From the NCBI GenBank assembly GCA_038496445.1, contig JALMLS010000310.1:124001-188000 (forward strand): a DNA stretch of 64,000 nt, in the 5' to 3' direction. The DNA is from Trichosphaerium sp. ATCC 40318. Taxonomy: Eukaryota > Protista > Tubulinea. Made by a program: the position numbers and the translations under genes. Below, piece after piece: positions 42,892-54,777 of this stretch (position 1 is its first letter; every line of letters starts with the position of its first letter). The notes below the pieces were generated by a model. The model was not told where the DNA came from and made no database searches. It worked only from the letters and a program-made list of their open reading frames with translations.

Positions 42892-43827
42892 GTATGAACG
42901 GTTGCGGTGGTTTGGTTTTTGTGGACTGTGGCAGAAAGTTATTAAAACAGTGCACATCCTAAACTGGTTTTTTTTTCTCGTTAATGTTGGAATGGCTTTG
43001 ATGTGAAACGATATTTTACTTTTCATGCCAGCAATTTTAGAGCGGCGTTAGGTGGGCTTCAAACCTATGCTGAAATTTGTGCATTTCGTGATTGTACCGT
43101 TTGGCTACAGGGTCTTCCCTAACCCACGCTGGTATAAGATTTACTGGATCATGTAGATCTTTCCATTCAGTTATTGGGATTATCTTTTTTGCATGACAAT
43201 AAATCAATTTAAAGCATCGTATGAACTGCTGAAAACACTACGAAATATCTCCGGCCCAAGGAGCAATGTCTGGTTAACATTCCAATTGTTGTAGTCTTTC
43301 GTAGCTAGCGGGCTTGTTTGTTGCATGCCCGTACGAATGGCTAGTTGTCGTCAATTAGCTGACATAGAAACATTGAATCTTGTTTATATCGAGCTACACA
43401 ATTTTGCAGTACAATGGTTTTCCTTAACGTGTATTTGTCAAGTTGACTTGTAAGTTGTAAAAGTGTATCACGTGACAATTTAACGAGTTTGTTTTCCAAC
43501 AAATACAAAACCAAGATATTTTCGCCCAGAGTTCAGATTTGTAGTGTACTAGGTGAAATATGAAGGGTTGGGGTTTTGTTTGGGTTGTGCCACATTTTCC
43601 AACAAGAAAGCTTTTTTCTAGTTGTTAGCGAAGCGTTCTACTGTTTATTCTTAAACTAAGTTGAAAGTAGACTGTTACACTGAGCGTAGAAAGTTTCAAG
43701 GGAATACACTGACATTGTCTATTGCTATGTTCAAACACAAGTACTGTTTGTTGGCGTTCTTCACCAAAACACTGATATTGGTTTTTTATTAAAGTTGACA
43801 TTTGAACTATACAGTGTAGTGGCACTT

Positions 43828-46800
43828 TTATTGTGAATTTACTGAATCAATTCTTCCGTTTGTCCTTTCTATCGGTCGCATATTAACGCTTCGCTTAGTG
43901 GATGTATGTATTCTTGTCTTGTGAATAAAGAAAGAGTTTACTGTGATTGCTATTTTAAAAATAAAACGATTAGCATCATACACAATAGTGATGACTTGAG
44001 GTATTGGTGTACCTGAACCGAAGATAATAAACAAAGAAACAAGAAGAAATCTTGTGAATCTATCAATGTCTGTTGTTGCCAATACAATGCTCAATATTGC
44101 AAAGAAAGCGACATTGTAAACTGTAAAGAAGATGATCTTTGATTCGTTGAATCTCTTGATTGGTATTGTACGTATTCTAAAAGCGTACACACTACACACC
44201 AACAACAAGAATGCCTATGTACGTATTAATATCAGGTAAGCCACACGTGGACAGCCGTACATTGGATGCACCTATGATGTACAGTATGACCTTAAATGCA
44301 ATATCGTAATCACATGAATGATAGTTTTGATAGACTTTGATTGAATCAACAACAACTATACTTCTTTCAAACTTTCCAACTACTGTCTACGATACGAAGT
44401 TAAAGTGATATTTCCTCTTTCATAGCAGTGGCATACCAGTAAGATTAGGAGTACTAAATGGCACCCAGTAAGGCCGCTGACCAATATAAGGACTCTCTTG
44501 TTACTTATTCTTATGGTCTTTTTTGTTCGTAATCTATTCAATCTGTCCAGTCTCAGAGTTTTAACAAGCAATGGCCTTGAAAATTATAAACAATTTAGTT
44601 GCAAACATTACCACCTCGAATTATACTAAGATTACTTATTGCGCTGATTACTTACCCAAAAAGAAGAATGAATCCAAGATCTAGTATCCAAATGGATATT
44701 GAGCATGTTGCCTTTGAGATCACGTTTGGAAGTATTGTGAATACTGAACAGTACAATAAAGTGCTTCCAAGAATCATCAAACCCATGAATAAAGGTGATG
44801 AAGCCTTTACTTCCTTGTTATCCAAGTTGAGGGGAAGAAATATTGCCCATCCGATATTGATACAAAAGAATACAATGGCAATGATTGTCACAACTATTTC
44901 TGTCCAATGACCTTAGAAGGGAAAAGATTGTCAACACAGAATGATGTTCAATAAATGTGTTTTACCGTATTGTGGATCAAAGATACGTTCATGCCATTTT
45001 GGAATCGGATAGATCAAGTCTGCTTGTTTTGTTGTTGGTGGTCCTACAATGTAAAAAAAACTCAGCCAGTTTATATAATTGTAGGTGCTCGTTTTACCAA
45101 TAAGAACCAATTTGCCTTTATCTATCATTTGTAGATGTAACCAGTCTCTATAAAATGTTACTTTTACAAAGCAACTTTTGTCTTCGTAAAATCACCACTC
45201 CCTTGCTTTACCTTTGTTGAATTCGTTTACCATTCCATGAGTATTGTCCTGTTATTGTATCATACCTTGTACCACTTATTTCCTCATACAGAAAATCGTA
45301 AAGCTGGCACATAAAATCAGCGAAATAATGAGAAAAAAGGTTGCAAACAAAACACTTTTCACGTGCATTTGGCTCTTTGCAAGTACAAGCATAGTTCGAA
45401 TCATTTTTTAAGAGTTCTAGTCCAGAATATGAGTTAAACTACAACAAGATATCAAAATGAGCAAGATGAGGAACAACAGACCTTTAGAGAAGCACCAAAC
45501 GTATTTTGTGCACTTTTGATGGCATTGTTCAACACAGAAAACAACACCGCATATACCACTGTAGTCGAAGAAAGTGGAAAGCCATAACTCTCTTCAAAAC
45601 CTTGTCTCAGCGATGTGATGTCACCATACTCTTTTGTTGGCGGAAAAGTAACATCGTTTGAAAACTAACATGAAGTTGGCTTGAGTAAAAGGACAACTGT
45701 ACTACCTCATGAGAAATTGTGACATATTTCCAAAGGTCCTTGTCTACAGCTGATATGGTTTGGAAAGAAGTTTGTGTAGCAGCAACATATCTTGGAGTGT
45801 AGTCAACATCGCGAAGAGTATTCATTACACCTCCTATAATATCAGTTGTACCGCTACAGAAGAACCTACAGAAGCAATCACAATCAGTATGACATTCATA
45901 GCAAAGAAATACCATGCGTCTGCATCATCATGCATTGCGAGAATTGCTGTCTTTGAAATATTTGCTATTAATTCCTGATTGTATGTTGTAAAGGGATCTC
46001 GTGCATGTGCTGTAGTCTGACCGTCGCCTAGATTCAAAACTGTTAACCTCTAAAAATTGTGCTATAAGCGTACTTAATATGATATATTCACTTATGACTT
46101 CGAATCCTTGAAGTCTAAGTTCATTTCTGAAAACTGAACTTTCGCACCTGAGATAACGTTCAGAAAGAACAAAAACAACGATAATTGTTAATTTCCTTTA
46201 CGTGCCTAAAACCAAGCGAGTCACGCGTGTAGATCAACGTGATAGTGTTGGCTCCAGCTATTCGAAGAGAAGGCAATGTAACAAAGAAACTAGAGTCAGA
46301 CGCTAGTCCAACAGATAGACTGTATTTTGATCCAGCAGCCTGAGAGTTGAACAAGTTGCTTACAGATACTAATTACAAAAATCAGAATATTTTCTTGCAA
46401 AATTTAGGCTTACACATCAAACGTCTATTGCTATTCATGATTGGAATTATGTCAGGCGCATGAGTAGTGACGATTGGTGCTAAAAAGAAAGATACAGAAG
46501 GATCGTTAAGACCTTCTTTGTACAACTCTTCTGTTTTACTCAAATTATTAAAACCATTTATAAGACTAAAAAAACATGTAAACGAACTAAAGCAACCTGT
46601 GTTTACGCACTTTATTCTAAGCCTTATTCTTTCGCCACCAACCTCTGCTGCTTCACCGCTTTCCAGTAATACATCACCTAAGTATTCAATACCGTCTCTA
46701 TTTAACTGTCATTAGTGGAGCAATACAAACTCAAGCGGATAAAGATAAAGGGTTTCGTATTGGAGTAACAGAAAGAGAAATCTATACCATCGTACCTAAA

Positions 46801-47149
46801 TCTATCAATAAAAGTAGTATCACTACTTTGCCAATTTCCAACCCAAACTAAGTGTTTGTAAGTGACTTCTGAGGAGCAAATAACTAAAATACTAAAACGT
46901 GGTTTTTCGGGAGCTAAGGGTATTATATTCCTTCGACTTTTTGGGTATGGCGGAAGTAGTACAAACTACATGGTTAACCTGACTTCGATACGAAAACTGG
47001 TAACAGAAAACGCTGTAAAACGGACTAATTTGACTGCTATCATCCTTTTTTGGTATTAAAACTATCGTCTACGCACGTAGAGTAACGTTCCTGTATCCAC
47101 GCGTTCCAACAACCGCCAATATTATTACCAACGCAACAATCAACCGCAT
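43828..47149 (-). CDS. Class C GPCR, copy 3
   Basis: Start MRLIVALVIILAVVGTRGYRNVTL. Same exon structure, with KASSPLFM and RFNESK motifs and a distinct C-tail. Confidence 0.88.
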
Positions 47150-48386
47150 TGTTACGTGCTTGTTATCCTATTGTAAATGGCAGCCGAACTGTAAAAATCA
47201 CGTGACCTACTGGTTCAGGAGTTTTGTTATTGAGTATTTTACTGTCCGCTTTTTAAGTTGATTCTATCGCGTTAGTTTTTGGTAATGCAGGAGTTCAGGT
47301 TTTTCAAAAGGGGTTAGGAATGTGCACGAATTCTATGTCTTATTGTTTTTTCGCTACCGTAGGGTTGTTTTCAGCGATGTGTAAAAAGATCCGTACCTAA
47401 CAACTACTTTGTATCAATATTGTTTGTATCAATCAAGTTGTACTAATATTTTCTAGAAAGTGAGTTTTTAGCACTTTTAACAGATCTAGCAAGATCTGAC
47501 ACTTCTGTCAAATGGTGTAGATCTATCCCAATGTGAATTATTTGTGTTACAATGTTGTCCTTCATTGTATGACTTAGGTACCTTACGGTAAGTGATAGCA
47601 AAATTTTCAATGTAAGTTTCAACAGACCATGGAAGATGATCGCAGCATTTTACCTACGCATACTGTACACGGTACGATCACACCACAGAAGTTTTCAATG
47701 CGCTAAAAGCGAATTAAAAAGGTATGATGTCCTACAAAGCTATCGCATTACCGCCAAACACGGTATGAATGCCTCAAATACTGTTTGCTTTATGTTTTGC
47801 TTCAAAAAATCAGCGTACGTGTATAACTTACTAGCGCTACGCTAGCGCCTACCCCACACTAACAAAAGCGCTATGGCAGCATCCAAATAGCAAGCCAGTG
47901 TAACAACGTTAAAACCTCCCAAAACACCACCAGCGTTGCTGTAGGCTTTGTAAACGCCGCCAGGCGTCAAATATGTAAATAATATTTTTTGCTATGGGTT
48001 TGTTAAATCACGTGGGTTTGAAACGGTTGGATTCACTCGACAGGCGTGAGGGTAGCTCACATTTAAAAAATGACAATTTGCAAGATCTGTCAGAAGTGTC
48101 AAATCCGTCAGATCTGGCAGGTCAAGCAGAAACTGTATTTTTATGCTAAAAGTCTGTCTCAAAACTTGAATGAAAGACAATAATTGATTTGTTGTTAGAA
48201 TAATCTTTTAACGTGAAATTCGCTGTGCATTGATTGTACACTGATATTATTGGACTTACAAACAATCTTCATGTTCTGATTTACTGTTTGTGCTAGATGC
48301 TTAAAGTCACTTTGAAAATAGTTTGTCTAACTGTGATTGCCGCGAAAATAAATATTAAAGGTAAGAATTTTCTAAATGTACTAAAT

Positions 48387-49730
48387 TTATTGATCGCGCC
48401 TCATGATGAAGCTACCATATTCTACTAGGTGTACTTTAAAACCCGAACATTTCAAATAATAAATGGCATCCTCACAGACAGTCTTACTATGCTTCAAGTC
48501 CGTTAAACTTGTGAGTGTACGCAAGCTGTCACCTTTTACTTTAGAACATCCATCAATGTTAAGTTTATGAACTCCAACAAGTTCTGCAATACCCAAGTCT
48601 GTAACTTGTTCACAGAAGGAGATATTGACCGTGTGCGCAAGATCTAGATACTTCAAACCGTCATCTGTTATGTCTGTATGAGATATATTGACGTTGTGCA
48701 CACCTGTTAGTGCCTGAATACCCTTGTCTGTTATTGACGTACAATTACGCAAATTAATACAATAAACACCAGCCAACGCTTTCAAACCTTTATCTGTAAC
48801 TCTTGTATATGATAGGCTAATCTCATGTACACCATGTAATGCTCTAATGCCCTCATCTGTTATTTTGTGACAATGATCTACATTGATTGTATGGACACCA
48901 GCCAAAGCCTTCAAATCATTGTTTGTGATGGGCAAGTCATATAACATAATGGTATGTACACCAGCCAAAGCCTTCAAACCTTCGCCTTTGACGTTTGTGG
49001 AAAATAAATTGATTGTATGTACACCACTCAATTCCTTGACGCCCTTATCTGTAATTCGATCACAGTACCTTAAATATATAGTATGTACACCCTTCAATGC
49101 TTTTAAACATCTATTAGAAACTCTTGTCAAACTTAAATTAATTTCATGAACACCCTTGAGCGCTTTTACACCTTTATCTGTTATTCTCTTACAACCCGGC
49201 AATGCAATAGTGTGTACGCCTTTCAGTGACTTTAAGCCTTCATCTGTAACGTTTGTAGCTGATAGATTAATCACGTGTACTCCAGATAACGCTTTGATGC
49301 CTTCATCTGTAATTGTTTTATTTCGTGCCAAGTTGATATTATACACGCCTGATAACGCCTTGATACCCGCATCTGTTACCGTTTCAGAATCTGATATATC
49401 AATAGTATGCACACCTGAAAGTAAAGAAATGTGACTGTCAATGACGGGAACTTTGAACGAGTTAATACCATGAAACAAAGATATCGTTGTATTTTGGAGT
49501 AGCGGGCTTCCTGAAAGTCTTACCAGTTCCTTTTCACTCCTTACAATGATATTATCGTATCCAACGTGGTTATGGATAATATCTCGTATGAAATGGCATG
49601 TTTGAGCTGCGGGAAGTGTATACTTGCCTTTTTTAAGAATGTAAACTATAATCTCAACTGGTAGGCTTATGAAGTTGATTGTTTGGTGGTTTATGCCATT
49701 TTCTCCCGTTCTGAGTTCGCTTGCTTCCAT
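48387..49730 (-). CDS. F-box/leucine-rich repeat protein, intronless
   Basis: F-box-like ISLPVEIIVYILKK followed by about 13 short 22-23 aa repeats of the form GVHTINLSxxxxITDxGLKAL. Confidence 0.88.
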   Translation of the reverse strand: MEASELRTGENGINHQTINFISLPVEIIVYILKKGKYTLPAAQTCHFIRDIIHNHVGYDNIIVRSEKELVRLSGSPLLQNTTISLFHGINSFKVPVIDSHISLLSGVHTIDISDSETVTDAGIKALSGVYNINLARNKTITDEGIKALSGVHVINLSATNVTDEGLKSLKGVHTIALPGCKRITDKGVKALKGVHEINLSLTRVSNRCLKALKGVHTIYLRYCDRITDKGVKELSGVHTINLFSTNVKGEGLKALAGVHTIMLYDLPITNNDLKALAGVHTINVDHCHKITDEGIRALHGVHEISLSYTRVTDKGLKALAGVYCINLRNCTSITDKGIQALTGVHNVNISHTDITDDGLKYLDLAHTVNISFCEQVTDLGIAELVGVHKLNIDGCSKVKGDSLRTLTSLTDLKHSKTVCEDAIYYLKCSGFKVHLVEYGSFIMRRDQ

Positions 49731-49940
49731 TTTTAACCAAACTCTGTACCAATCAAGTAATGTTAACCGCGTGTGGAAGAGGTTTCCAACTGTTCTGATA
49801 AACTTAACTAAACAACTTATCTTCCGTCAAAAATCACGTGTTTTAGATGCCTGTAACTATTCTAATGGGTTTGCCCCCTTGTAGTCTCCCTTCTGTGTTT
49901 AGATCATAGCAACACTTTCAGAAATAGAATTTATTGATAC

Positions 49941-52592
49941 TTAAGTAGTACATGGTGTCATCACACTAGATAACATAAAAAGATACAATACTAACCATTT
50001 AATAGATAGAAAAAACAACACATGTCTCAGAGATACTGCTCTTGATGGAACACTAGCGTCAGTGGGTTGCGGAGTACCTGAACCAGATGGAGTTGAGGAA
50101 GGTGCTGAAGTATCAGTAGGCTCATTAAGGGATGGTGCAACGGGAGCAAATGGCTAAACAAATCAGAAAGCATGCTTCCTAAGTAAACGTACAGTGACGC
50201 CCTGACATTTTATATTTTCTTGCACTTCACGAATTGTAAGAGACCAAGGCTGAATAGATTGTCAATGAAAAGAAAACGGTAAAATGAAAGAAGTGCCGCT
50301 TAAAAAAAAAACAAGCTTACGTCTTTGTTGCCGTCAGGACACGTGTCAGGAAAAGTCAACTCTCCTTTTCCATTGTTCTTATCACATCGTACAGATATCT
50401 AAAATTGCATCAGTATGTTACAATAAAGGAACAAGTATCATTCGTACATCGGGTCTTGCTCCTGGTATACTTGGAACGTTTAGTTTAAAAAAGAACTCCA
50501 CAAACTCTTTTCTGATACCGCCAGTTACCACTTTGTCATCAAGGTTTCCACCGTAAGTACAAAGGATACAACAAGATATCTCAGCCATCATATTACGGCA
50601 TTCAACAGGTACTTCTTCTCCAGTAAGAGATTTCATGTTGCTAAAAGTTTCGAATAAAACATTTTGAAGAATTGTCCCACACTTCGTCTTGGCATACTAC
50701 AAGAAAGTCAATAGCAAACTAGTTAAAAAGCGACGTACGGTGTCATAAAGGGGACGGCAACTTCCGAGCGCGGGACTGGACTCTTTTGATCGTCCGGGAA
50801 GTCCTATTACATCTCTTGTATTTACTGGAAGTGGTTCTTGACATATTCCTATTTCTAAACGTATACTTAAGTAAGCAAGTTCTATTAGCAATCTGTACCG
50901 CTTGGGGCATCACAAAAGCATCTAAAGATCCCAGGACAAGGACCACTAAGTCCATCTAGTACATAAGAAGCATTACAAGGACTACCCTAAGTATATGTTA
51001 CCAGCATGAAGTACATAGAAGCAGGCGTACTTCTACACATTTTTCATTTTCACAACTTGCAGTTACACCACAATCTGTATTTCTAACGCAAGCTTCTCCC
51101 TATTAGTACAATCTTAGGAAAACACCAAGCCCAGAAAAAAATAAGAACGTACAACTGATAAAGGTGGTAGGCAAGTTCCTCTCGAAAGCATTGTTTTTTG
51201 CTTGCTTATACATCTCAGCTCTGGAGTTGACTTAATTGAAATGTGGCAATAATATTTCTACCTGGTGAACATCGATCGTAAGTGTCTCTTTGATCTGTCA
51301 AGCAAGGTTCGCCCTTTACATTGTGAGCTAACATAGCCTTTTGTTCTTAGCAAACGTACTGAAGTTGAGAGTTGTTGGGATACACAAATGTTGTCTCCGT
51401 TTCCTACTTGAACGCATAGATCTGATTCACAAGCATTGTTATCTTCACAGAATTCCAACTATGTTGTTTGTTTAGAAGCAACGAAAGTGAAAGTGACAAA
51501 CATTAGCTTTCTTGGGTGCGCATTTAAAAGTATCTTTATCCCAGTATTGATTATTTGCACAAGATAACTCAGGGTCTCCACATATAGGTTCAAAAAGAGG
51601 CTTAGAATTGTCGCGGAAACACTCTTCTTCTGGTTCACAAGATATTTGCGAGCAATCCTACAACAACAATTAGTTTTACCGTTTTGTATTTTAGGTTGTT
51701 TGGTACCATTCCAGCACATTTTGATGCTTCACAATTTCCTGATTGGCACTCACCATTGTCTGTACAAGCCTCGCCAACCATAAGATTAACATGTGAGCAT
51801 TTTCCATTGATACAATTTCCATTCAAACACTCAATAACTGTTGTGCAAGGATCGCCAATACAGGTCTTTTTGTACTCGCATTTGAGTGTTGTTTCATTGC
51901 AGAAAAGAGCAATTGGATTGCACTCAAGGTTTTCAGGTATCGTAAATTTGTTGCCGACAGGGGTACATTCGTCTCCAACGTTTGCTTGGTAGACTGTACG
52001 TGAGCAAATCCTGCCTGCATTACAAGAAAGGCCTTCAGCACATCCTCGGCTAGTAAAACAGGAGTAAGACTAGTACAGCTATTGAAACTTCACGCACAAG
52101 TTACAAAATGAACCTTGAGGAAGTCTTTCCTGACAAAAGCAACCAATCATTCCGCAATCACAAAAACTGATATCTCTATCACAAACGAATCTACAACAAT
52201 AAAGTAAATAAAAAAGTACAAAGAATGGACTGGATTGCTGTTTGTTGTTATGGAAGGAAAGTCCCAACAAAACAGGTCTTTACGTACGTATCGTTGCAGC
52301 TAGTACCGACTGGAACTATAGTCGCAAGAACGCAAAGTCCATTCACGCATGTTTGATCCGTTGGACAAGAGGTAAGACCGCACTGTTCAGGTATGCACAG
52401 CCCATCACTACATGTGTACGGCTCCTTGGCACTCTATACAGTACAGTCATACGCTAAATCAGAAGATCTTTTCAGTACCTGAGATTTGCAGTCGCTAGGT
52501 TTCGAGCAAAGAAAGGAAGGATCACAAACATTCGCTAGCGCATAGCAATAGAAAAAAACAACAACAGCGATAATATACTGAGATGGACGCAT
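49941..52592 (-). CDS. Cys-rich, putatively GPI-anchored surface protein, copy A
   Basis: Signal peptide MRPSQYIIAVVVFFYCYALA, many GxxCxxxxxCxSxxC modules, a domain with ECRNMMAEISCCILC, an S/T/P stalk and a hydrophobic C-terminus. Confidence 0.8.
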
Positions 52593-53412
52593 AAGGTGTT
52601 TCAATATGGATGTATGTTGTAAATTGTTTTAAGTCACGTGAAAAAAATGCTGCCAACAACCCTTTTCGTAGCCAATGATTATTGTTATAGAGCTATCAAC
52701 TACTCTTAAACCTTATTACAAAATATCGAGAAAAGTAGCAATTGCCACAGTATAAACAGACAATATTGAGGGTAAGTGCTATGGTAACTTAGTAACGCTA
52801 AAAAATTTGCAACTTGCAAAATGGCAGCATTTCGCAACATTAAAAAAGTCATTAAAATAATTCAGCAAACGTGTTCACTGTCAGGTTATAGAAGTGGTTT
52901 TTAATTCACTTAAAAATGGTTTTGATTAAACACGTGACATTCGTACCATAAAGTGCTAAGAAATAGACCACCTGGTCTACAATAATATTCTACTCTTGCG
53001 GGAGTGAATACTGAAGCAAGTTTGCTAAACCTAAAACACTCTTTCTGAAACAGCAAACGAACAAACAAGCAATGCCAAGCGCTTAGCACGATCAACAAAA
53101 CATTTTATTATCATTTTCACAACATCCCACACAGCCATTGGACCACAAAGCTAGTTTTTACTTTGGTTTTAAATCTGAGCGAAAGATGATAATTTTTTCC
53201 TTGGATTATTACAGACAACCATCGCGTGTAAGAGTAGAATCCCCAAGTTGAATTTGCGTCCAAATAAAAGCGGACAAGGGGTGTCAACTGAAAGTTGCAA
53301 AACGCGTACAACAAAAAAATTCAGTTGTGTCTCGTTTCAAACTCGCTTCACAGAAACAGTTTAAGTTTGACAAGAACAGTTGTGTGTTGCACAAAAAGGA
53401 AAACCGCCTAAG

Positions 53413-54318
53413 ATGCATCAATACAGTTGGTTGTTAATCGCAATGGTTGTTACGTCTATTGTGTCTGTTGCACCAGACGACCTATACGAGATCATTTCTA
53501 CGCCACAAAGAAGCGCTAAAGCGGTTTCTGCTTATTGGACGGTAGAAAAGCTGAAGAATGTCAAACCAATGCCGATACCATCAGTACCTGGCTACGAAAC
53601 TAGTCTCGACTACAATGAAACCTCATTATCAGTTAAAAGATTCCCCCGTGGTACAACGCGCATAGACGAGTCACTATACAGCTCAAATCCATACGCGAAG
53701 ATTGGAAAGTTGTTTTTTTCATCACCTGAAGGAGAAGACTTCGCTTGTACAGCGTCTATAGTGGGCCCTAGCCTCATTGCTACCGCTGGACATTGTGTAA
53801 ACAATGGAAAAGGAACTGTTTTTGAGAATCACGTGTTCATACCGCAATTCAATAATGGCAGTGAGCCTCTTGGCCGTTGGGAAGGTGTTCAGACTTTCAC
53901 ATTTAAATGTTGGGACAAGTTGCATCTATGGTACTGCGATGTCGCATTCATTGTTGTTAATGGCAACCTGAACGAAACAACAGGAATAGGAAGACCATTT
54001 CCTCTACAGGCCAATGGGGGCGTTGCTATGAACTACGCTTGTGGGTATCCATACAACTTGAAAGGTAAAGGTCAAAAGTTGTATTGCACATACAACCCAT
54101 CAAAAGAGACAGCCTATTTAAACGTTGTCATGCTCAGCCAACTTGGTGAAGGTGCTTCTGGTGGACCATGGATATATCATCCTCTTATTGATGGTAACCC
54201 AGGAGGTATTCTCAATGGCGTTAATAGTCACATCGCTACCGGTCACAGGTTGTATTCACCAATGTTTGATGAAAACGCTGGTAGGTTGTATAAAAAGGCT
54301 CTAGCGGCTTCATATTAA
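53413..54318 (+). CDS. Secreted trypsin-like (V8/glutamyl-endopeptidase-type) serine peptidase, intronless
   Basis: Signal peptide MHQYSWLLIAMVV, pro-region YWTVEKLKNVKPMP, IGKLFF..C(T)AS, TAGHC, DVAF and GASGGPW catalytic motifs. Confidence 0.9.
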   Translation: MHQYSWLLIAMVVTSIVSVAPDDLYEIISTPQRSAKAVSAYWTVEKLKNVKPMPIPSVPGYETSLDYNETSLSVKRFPRGTTRIDESLYSSNPYAKIGKLFFSSPEGEDFACTASIVGPSLIATAGHCVNNGKGTVFENHVFIPQFNNGSEPLGRWEGVQTFTFKCWDKLHLWYCDVAFIVVNGNLNETTGIGRPFPLQANGGVAMNYACGYPYNLKGKGQKLYCTYNPSKETAYLNVVMLSQLGEGASGGPWIYHPLIDGNPGGILNGVNSHIATGHRLYSPMFDENAGRLYKKALAASY

Positions 54319-54777
54319 TAAAATTTGTGTTGAGATAACCCCCCTTGACATTACACCAACCTCTGCTTATGTTTGTTTTTTTCCTTTTGATTTAAACTTA
54401 AAAAGAGAAATTTACAGGTTTTCTTGCATTGGCGAAAAGGAAAATAATGGACTGTACATCAATTCCTCCTTTCTCGTCGTGTACAACTCGTTGTGCATTA
54501 CTGAAAACTTACTATTGATAAATAAAACCCGTCAAATCGATTAGCCCGCCACCAACGCTTCGCTCCCCATCTCCTTTCTTCTTACAAGGGGTAGAACGTC
54601 TGGATTGGTTGGTCTCTTTGGTTTGTACCGATTAAGGCCAAACACGTGCTCACTTGTTTATCTCTCTTCCGTCACAGGGAGTGAATGGTTATGTTTTCAT
54701 GTGATACAACAAAAGTGAAGCAAAGAACATTTTTTCAGCGTTTGTACGCCAACATGTGGTACAAATAGATATAAGTA

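Noticed and set aside
43050-43250. Minus-strand open stretch KIIPITEWKDLHDPVNLIPAWVREDPVAKRY
   Set aside because: Short, with no clear start or splice partner and no recognisable family, so it cannot be supported as a gene.
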